Of a stretch of DNA of 64,000 nt, positions 55,735 through 64,000 are shown piece by piece (within the stretch, counting starts at the first letter, position 1; each line of letters starts with the position of its first letter). The DNA is taken from NCBI GenBank assembly GCA_951406725.2, contig OX597825.1, positions 39,122,001 to 39,186,000 on the forward strand. Direction: 5' to 3'. The notes under the pieces were generated by a model. It searched no databases, was not told where the DNA came from, and saw only the letters and a list, made by a program, of their open reading frames with translations. Source of the DNA: Octopus vulgaris. Taxonomy: Eukaryota. The translations under genes were made by a program, and so were the position numbers.

Positions 55735-55762
55735 TATGTCTGTATGAGTGTGTGTGCGCGTT

Positions 55763-56854
55763 CGACCGTCGTCTTAAAAGTTCATAGGCTGACAATGATA
55801 CTGTTATGGAATGTAACCAAATGAAATTTATTTTTCAACATAGTGCTTCTTGTCGTGTCCACATTCATTGCATCGGTGTTGCCTTCCTTGGATCGCATTC
55901 GTGTGGGTAGAAGAACTCAACTGCAGATATGATAATCACTCCAATACTGGTTCTCAGGCAATTGCTTTTCGTATCAGAGATGATAGTCACATGAGGACAA
56001 ACCAGAAGAATAGTGACGCTGATCAATCAGTTCAAAGCCACACTCAGGCACAGCAGCCTTTGAAAACCAGTATTTGTATGGTGTAGCAAAGTACCGACGA
56101 AACAAGACACCTTTCGTCAGTCTTTCTGTGCATTTTTTCTTGATAGCCTTTTGTAAGATCATTAGCAAGTTGACATAGTACTCACCATTGATACTGCGAC
56201 ATCTTTGAAGATAGGCACTATGCACAACGCATTTCATATCGGTAAGGAGGGGTATTTAGACTGCATGGATCGTCTTTTTATCTCTGGCTCAAAGTCATGG
56301 ATCCAACACATATCCTAGTTTGGGAACATTTCAATGAAGCCAGGTACATCTGCAATAAGCAGTGTCATATCTTCCCGTGGTATAATCAGCCTGATCACCT
56401 TTTGATCAGGTGTCAGAAGACTACCACTCATCCAACAGTAATTTTCATCATTCCAATCAATATTCTCAACTCTCATGTGATACAGTTGGCCATTTGAATC
56501 ACCTGTTATCCATCATCATGTGGGGAACACAATCAACACTTCTCTCGTCTTTTCGCCAATTATAAGACTTTCGCTTTCCTTCCAAAATTTAGTTGTCCGC
56601 TTTTACACTGTTGAGAGGATTGGAGCGTCATACACTTAATGTAGGAACCACGTCAACTGGAGCCTTTTTCTACAATTAATTGATAATAGTATGATGCAAG
56701 CTGTTTCAAAGAGAATTCGATTCAAGTTATATCTGGAGTATTTTTGAACAGTCAAGTTTTAAAATTATGGCGAAAACATCAATGCCGTTATTAATAAGAA
56801 AACTGTAAATTAGTGTCTGCTAGATTTCACAGTTCTATCCTCAGACTACCCTTG
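55763..56854 (-). mobile_element. Degraded mariner transposon
   Basis: Peptides INGEYYVNLL..LQKAIKKK...LTKGVLF, FELIDQRHYSSGLSSCDYHL (YSPDLAPSDY-like), YVEK*; decayed TIR-like ends. Confidence 0.8.
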
Positions 56855-57202
56855 TATGCTTGTATATAGAAATGCATATAAGCATATATGCATGTACATA
56901 TGTGCATATGCATATATATGTGTCTGTAGACAGTCATTTTTCACATATGTATATATTTGAAAGTTGATCGTAATAGAGTGTCACCATTTGCATTGTTAGA
57001 TTATTACCTTTTCATTGTTCTAAATTAATGAGCATCAGGTTAATACAGTCATGTTATCTATCGACTAACGAAAAACACAAAGAAACTAGGAGATCACGAT
57101 CGTAATTTTATTCAATATCGTTTTCAAATAATATTTATTACTCCTGCCATTAATGGTACTATAATTGTCACAGGCAATACATAGTTTTCTAAACATTAAT
57201 TT

Positions 57203-57258
<56 letters not shown>

Positions 57259-57576
57259 GGTGTGCGCGTGCATATATATGCCTGCGTTTGTGTGTGTGTG
57301 TGTCTATCTGTCTGTGTGTGTGCTGATGCATGCACATCCACCCCATCCGACACATATATGATTGTGGGGCAGGGAATCTATGAATGAGTCTAGTCTGTTT
57401 ATAGGTACGCACTAACGAACGTAAAACATCAGACTTGGAGATAAAAAGGACATTAATGACGGGCAAATGCACATATACACATTCATACCTGTATATATAT
57501 ATTTATGTTTTTTTAAAGAAAGAAACTAGATAAGCTACAGAACAATGAAGAAAGAAAAGCAAAGAGGGGGGAAAAG

Positions 57577-57615
<39 letters not shown>

Positions 57616-58644
57616 ACGTTTCTTTTGAGATATATTATTTGTTTAGAAGGTGATTAAATTTTGTTCTTTTGGAGAAGAGAGAGGAAGAAGAAAATAGAAA
57701 GCAGGAAAATTGAGAAAGAGGAAATAAAGCAAAAAGGGGAGGTATAGACAGAGAGAGTGTGGGGGATAGGTACTGTACAATTTGCTGTGATGAACTCATT
57801 AAAATTTCATTAGAAATATTTTTCTTGTTTTTTCCTCCACTTTCCATTGCATACCTATCACGATACTTGTAAATATACAAGGCGGTGCTCCAGCATAGCT
57901 GCAGTCAAGTGGCTGAAAAAGCAAAATAATACACATTTTCTCATAGTAGGAGGTAGTGGCTAAATGACTTTCCAAGATGTCAATTTTAGGAAGTAGCATG
58001 GGAAGGATAAGACAAGAGAGGAAGAAGAAAAATGTTTTGATACATAAGTGGGCATGTCACCAGAATAATGTATGAAAATAAGAGTTCAAAGTTCAACGAA
58101 AATGTACATTTGTTTACAACTGTAGAGCCAAACCCCATATTCTGTATAATTACATATAATTACAGAAAAAATGCTTAGTAATGAAATGTCTGTGGGTTGA
58201 CCACATCAGATTGAAAGGAAACCTCTGTGTGCCTGTCTGTCTGTTTCTCTCGCTGTCTGTCCTGCCCCTTTTCTCGATTATCCTGCTTCCTATTTTTGTT
58301 TTCTCCAAGGAAAAATCTGTCTTCACTTCTAAACAAACAATATAATGGAAAATATATCTCTCTGTTTCTTTCTCACTCTATCTCTCTCTCTCTCACACTG
58401 TCTATCATTTCTCCCTCTTTGTCCTGCTCTCCTCATTTTCTCTTTCGCCCTTTCACGCCAAAATACTCAATATAATTGTTTCCTCTTCTAAGCAAAACAG
58501 AAAGCATCGGATCAATTTAAGAAACGAGGAAGCGTTTCGTTTTTTATCCTTTTGGGTTTAAATGTTCTCTTCTGTTAAACGAACACAAACGAAAGCGCTA
58601 ATAAAGCATTATCTAAAATTCTGACTGCCTCACTTTTCTCAATG

Positions 58645-58676
<32 letters not shown>

Positions 58677-59276
58677 AAGATATATTTTTTCAACGCGTAA
58701 GTACTAGTAGAATAGCATATGTAAGGATAAAATCCTGTAGGCAACGAGCTATGAGGCTCGAAATAACAACGTTTTATTTTCCGGTTAAAGTGCATTGCCA
58801 TTTAGGCTACACTGCTGTGCTGACAAATTCATCTACAATTTAGAATTTATAAACTCATATAGGAACGCTAGCTTGAATAGTAAAACATTTTGACCAAAAA
58901 CTAAAGAGATGTGAGTTCTATTTTCGTGGCTGATTGCTGACAGGAGTTTTCTGCTCTGTAGGATGTTATCCTATATATGCTGTTATATCAGCACTTGCCG
59001 TTGAAAAATATAGCTTTCTACTTGTACTATAATACATTTCATCGCTTCCAAAACAAACATATGCTTCTTTACATATGACATAATACACACACACACACAC
59101 ACGCACACACATATAAACATTCATAGAGCGCATTCAGGTCATTTACGCACGCACGACGATCACTGAGGCACACATTACACGCACCATTCATATATGTGTA
59201 TATATATATATGTATGTATCTTTTTGTGTGTGTGTGTGTGTGTATGTATATATATTTTATGTAGGTATGCATGTAA

Positions 59277-59310
<34 letters not shown>

Positions 59311-59319
59311 ACATGTTTG

Positions 59320-59527
59320 TGTCTGTGTTTGTCCCCCTTGCTTTGCTTGACAACCGATGTTGGTGTGTTTACGTCCCCGTCACTTACCGGTTCGGCAAAA
59401 GAGACCGATAGAATAAGTACTAGGCTTGCAAAGAATACGTCCCGGGATCAATTTGCTCGACTAAAGGCAGTGCTCCAGCATGGCCGCAGTCAAATGACTG
59501 AAACAAGTAAAAGAGTAAAAAGAGTAA
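59320..59527 (+). mobile_element. SINE family B 3' half
   Basis: gtttacgtccccg...gtgctccagcatggccgcagtcaaatgactgaaacaagtaaaagagtaaaagag. Confidence 0.85.
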
Positions 59528-59532
59528 ATATT

Positions 59533-59612
<80 letters not shown>

Positions 59613-61814
59613 CGATTCTCTATATAGAATATTGTTCCAAGTGTTGAAGACATTTGAACTTGAACAGGAAGAGGAGTAATTGTAATAACAAGCAAGTTAG
59701 GAATCTCGATTTACATAAGATATTAGATAATTTTATGCAAAAAATGTGCATATATGTATGTGTGTATGTGTGTATATGTGTGTGTACATAAAGACAAAGT
59801 GCGACAGAGAGCTAGAGAGTCTGAGAATAGATAGATTTAAATAAATAGAGAGAAAGAAAATACATCGTTGGATACATGCATACATGCATGCATATATACG
59901 TACATATATACATAAATAGTGTTAGATGCATTTCGACTCAAAGAGGGATACATCAATGCACACTAGCGTATGTAAGCCTACAGGCATACACATACAAAGA
60001 TGCACACACATACAAGCACGCACACACATACAAACACGCACACACACATGTATGCCATATATATTCAAATACGTGAATATTATAAATATATACACAGTGT
60101 AATTGTGATAAAACGGAAATAGAAAAATGAAAAGAGTTTTGTTGTTTTAATATGGCATGAATTTTTAGTTCGTGCATCATATTTAATGACATGTCGAAGT
60201 AGGTTTCTCTGCGGGTACTTTTTCCCACTCATTTCAAACTAAATTTATTGAAAGACTGTATCATCATTTGTTCATTGATCGGTGTTCTCTAATAGCTTAA
60301 CGTTTAGAACGGTTTTTGAGTAGAATCATGTGCTAAACTTAAATTATATATTTACTAATGTTATTTCCGGATAATGAATTCCATTAAATGTCTAAGATCT
60401 TGATATTACAGGACATCCGCTTTTGATCACATGTCAATATCCGTGATGTCATTCTCAAGAGACATTACAGAAATCTCGTAACTGTGACATCAGTTTCCTT
60501 ACTGAAATTGTTGTTCATTCCCTGCAAACTTGCTAGTATTGTTGTTACCAATCAGTAGTTCGACAGCATCTTCTTATAGCAATTCTTTTCCATCAATATT
60601 TCCTCAGAAAATTCTGTTGTCGGCATGTTTTTCATTTATTTCGGCTGTCCACTTAATTCTTCGAAAAAATTATTTGTTTCGAATCCTTCAGTATTGGATG
60701 CTGCATTGAGCATAAATATTTTTGTAAGCAATGTCTGACACTTGTCATGAATCAAATAGATTAATTTGCATAAAATGTGGGTAAAGAATTATAAGATATT
60801 TATGTATACAATTTTACACCAAAAATTCATATATTAGTTGCAAGTTGAAGATAAAAAGTGTTGGAGATAGAAAGCAGAGGAATAATGTCGAAGAAGTAGG
60901 CGAATAAAACACTAATTTTTCAGAGTTGTCTGTAGACTGCGAAGGACAAATGTATCCAATTTGTGTAAAAGATGAGAACAGGATATATCAGAGTGAAGTA
61001 TTGTACCATTGACTAACAATTCATTCGGTGGCATTAACATTTCTGATGAATTTACCTGTCTCATGTGTGAAATACCCACAAAGCTGTCAAATTATATGCT
61101 GTTTGAATACAAACAATCAATCATTGAATCTGATTAGTTAGCTTATCATAGGGGAAACGCTTATCTGATTACATGACTAATAAAACAAGGAATTACAGAA
61201 ACACTTTTACCTAATCTCAAACCTAGAATTACAGTAAGGTCTCAAACCATTACACATTGATCCTCAGTTTGAGACCAGGGCCTAAATATATCCCCATAAA
61301 ATGCAAAGACTAGCTTCAAAGAAACTGTCTCCATAACAGCATTAGCATCTACGTGAACATGGAACTATTGTCTGTTGATATGTAACCAACTATGCTGTGG
61401 ATTTGAAGAGATTTGTTTTTAGTATTTTCGACAAATAATGCTGCTGAAGCTTGCCGAGGGTTGACTCAATGTTATGAAAAACTGGAAAAGTGAAGTCTCA
61501 AAAATAATAACATCAAATACTACACTGACCATTATCGGTAATCTTTGTGATGACGTACGCTCACTCCAGTTATTTATTCCTTGGTAACTATGAAACATTT
61601 TCATATAACGAGAATAAATCAATTGTATGTCGCTTGATAATTATTGTAATTATGTAAAGGGCAAGTCTAATATGAAATGAGCAAATTTCTAAAAGAAAAT
61701 ACTTCAGTTATTTGTAACTAAAAGACAGCCTATCCAGTACTGGGTAATATCAACAATGATATGTAGACAAACTCACTAAAATGATAAGGTTTTGTGTGTA
61801 TATATATATATATA

Positions 61815-61884
<70 letters not shown>

Positions 61885-61890
61885 ATTATT

Positions 61891-61933
<43 letters not shown>

Positions 61934-62202
61934 AAACTGATGACTACACATATTTAGCTATTTATACATTCATTCATTCGTGTGTGTCTTTGTTGTAGGC
62001 GTGCACTATGTAATAGAGATGGACGTAAAAAGAGGTGTGTGAAATCGACACTGCTATATATTGTTTCTGCACCGAGAATATTTCTATTACTTTGGTTTGA
62101 TTTGAAATCAGAAAGCAAAAGCCTGAAAGAATTATGTTACGGAATATTCCGACTCTATTTCGTATGTGCCAGTTCGGCAACATACGGTGTCCTATGATAT
62201 AG

Positions 62203-62914
62203 TGATCATTGCCTTTTGACCGGCAGATTTAGAAAATATTTTTTTGTAACCAAACACTTTCAAATTCGTATACTGGTAGAATGTGTCATATAAATAATGT
62301 TTTCCTCTTAGCGTTTTTGAGAAAAGTTAAGATTTATGAAGTTATTTCGTGTTTAAATTGTCGTATTTCGGTAATTTCAACCAACCACTGACATATTCAA
62401 CTGAATAAAATAGCTGCTTTTAGTTTTTTTTTCCTGTTTTTCAGCTACTATTTTCGGAAAGACGTATTTGCCCCCTACTCCTCCAATTTCTTTATTTTAA
62501 AGTTTTTTTTTCTGTAACTCTAACCCTAAAACCCCAACCTTTACCCTAGCCTTAACCCTAACTCTAAAACCCTAACCCTAAAAACCTTACCCTAAAAGCT
62601 TAGTTAAAAGATTAAAGTTAAAACCAGTACAAACGCACGAACGATGTCATAAATAACAATGACAAACGAAATATACACTGCCTATAGTTGTTGTTGACAA
62701 AAACCGCAGCAATTTTATTCATCTGAATACACGTCATTGATTGGCTGAAATTACCGAAATATGACAACTTTAAAATGAAATAAGCTCGTTATTCTCAAAA
62801 ACGCTAAGAGTAAAAAATGTTTTATATGACACTTTTATACCAGTGTCCGAAGTTTGAAAGTGTTTAGTTACAAAAAATCAATTTCTCGATCTACCGTTGA
62901 AAGAGAAAAGATCC
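62203..62914. mobile_element. MITE with ~210-bp TIRs, 8-9 bp TSD and internal telomere-like repeats
   Basis: TSD tgatatag at 62195-62202 and 62915-62922; arms e.g. tcttagcgtttttgagaa / ttctcaaaaacgctaaga and tatttcggtaatttca / tgaaattaccgaaata. Confidence 0.85.
62515..62596. repeat. Degenerate (TAACCC)n telomere-like repeat
   Basis: taactctaaccctaaaaccccaacctttaccctagccttaaccctaactctaaaaccctaacccta. Confidence 0.85.
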
Positions 62915-64000
62915 TGATATAGTATTACCATTTAATTTGAAACAACATATCTTAAAACTATTAGACGTAATTGCTTTCGTTTGAAGTATATAAATATGAA
63001 TATTATAGATGTCATTTTTTTATTAGTAATTTGGCAGCATAAAATATTAATTGAAATTGAAGAAATTTCGACTAAGGCGAACGATAATTTTTTAGTTAAT
63101 AGAAACATATTCATGATTACAATTTTTCCACTTGTAATATGTTTAATCCTTTCAATGGTTTGGCTCCATCACAAACACAACTTGAGTATACATGTAGGTA
63201 TATTTTTCCCCTCGTAGAGCTCCTCTCTCTATAACAATGGTGTTTGTTCAACATTGAGATTTTATTATTTTCCCGCTAAATCTTTCACATCGAACAGTCA
63301 ATAAAAAGTGTTCTTGTTTATTCAACATTAGCGATATCTATTTCACTCTGCTGCCCATTGCAGCACTCTCAATTAGAGTATTTTATATAATTAGAGAGGG
63401 GACTGAGTAGGTGAAAATTTCAGAGGATTTACTCGCTTGAAAGAAGTACCGGTGATTGACTTCTATATTTCTCTTTAAAAGTAGATAGCAGCTGTTCATG
63501 AATATCTTCATCATATTCAACCTCATGATGTGCATCCAGGTTACAATATATCTGAATACCTTGGCAAATTGTTAGTGAAACTATCTCCGATGTCGGAGAA
63601 TGGAATCTGTCTTTTCAATATGTTAATATCAACATACATACATAAACACACACACACACACACACACATACACACAAATACACACATACACACAGACACA
63701 CACACACATACACATGTATACATGCAACTGTTCCCTTAATCAAGGTATTTTAGCAATGTGTTCAGCATTTCCTTATGGGTGGTGAAATAGTTTTTAAGTT
63801 CATTCGGCTATAAATGAAGACATGTATCATGACCAACATTTCTAAAGAACTTCAGCATTACTAAACGTAAGGAAAAATTCCAGTCTGGTCGTGTTTGGAT
63901 ATCTATGACACTGGCACCAAAACTATACATGAAATATCTCTGGCTGACAAGAACTGGCGTATGGCAAATCCATCATCCAAAACATTTCACAGAAATAAAT

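Noticed and set aside
60300-61100. Coding-like composition on the minus strand
   Set aside because: Frequent stops, no recognisable domain or clean splice sites
63429-63611. ~60-codon open stretch on the minus strand (possible terminal exon)
   Set aside because: Weak splice acceptor and no recognisable homology; would need RNA-seq support

Overview
AT-rich, microsatellite-dense eukaryotic DNA with no recognisable host gene. The SINE tails and repeat style suggest a cephalopod (Octopus-like) genome, which is an inference. Nearly all ORF-track calls are (TA)n/(CA)n/(TAA)n artefacts. Supported content: (1) four co-oriented, 5'-truncated R4/Dong-like non-LTR retrotransposons (RT + CCHC + restriction-like endonuclease) stacked in (TAA)n arrays at 8.9-18.0 kb, representing three lineages; (2) a Penelope-like (PLE) GIY-YIG 3' fragment at 23.7-24.5 kb; (3) many short, often fold-back inserts embedded in (TA)n arrays, several carrying minimal or degenerate hammerhead-ribozyme (HHR) motifs, including a 158-bp palindrome with one HHR on each strand; (4) DNA transposons: a full-length mariner with TIRs and TA TSD, degraded mariner and maT-like copies, a Chapaev3-like 5' fragment, two copies of a TA-flanked MITE, and a MITE with an 8-9 bp TSD carrying telomere-like repeats; (5) many tRNA-derived SINE copies and small LINE remnants. 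The main hypothesis is two parallel microsatellite-targeting retroelement systems: REL retrotransposons in (TAA)n and HHR-bearing PLE/retrozyme-like inserts in (TA)n. All family assignments come from motif recognition by eye; no database search was run.
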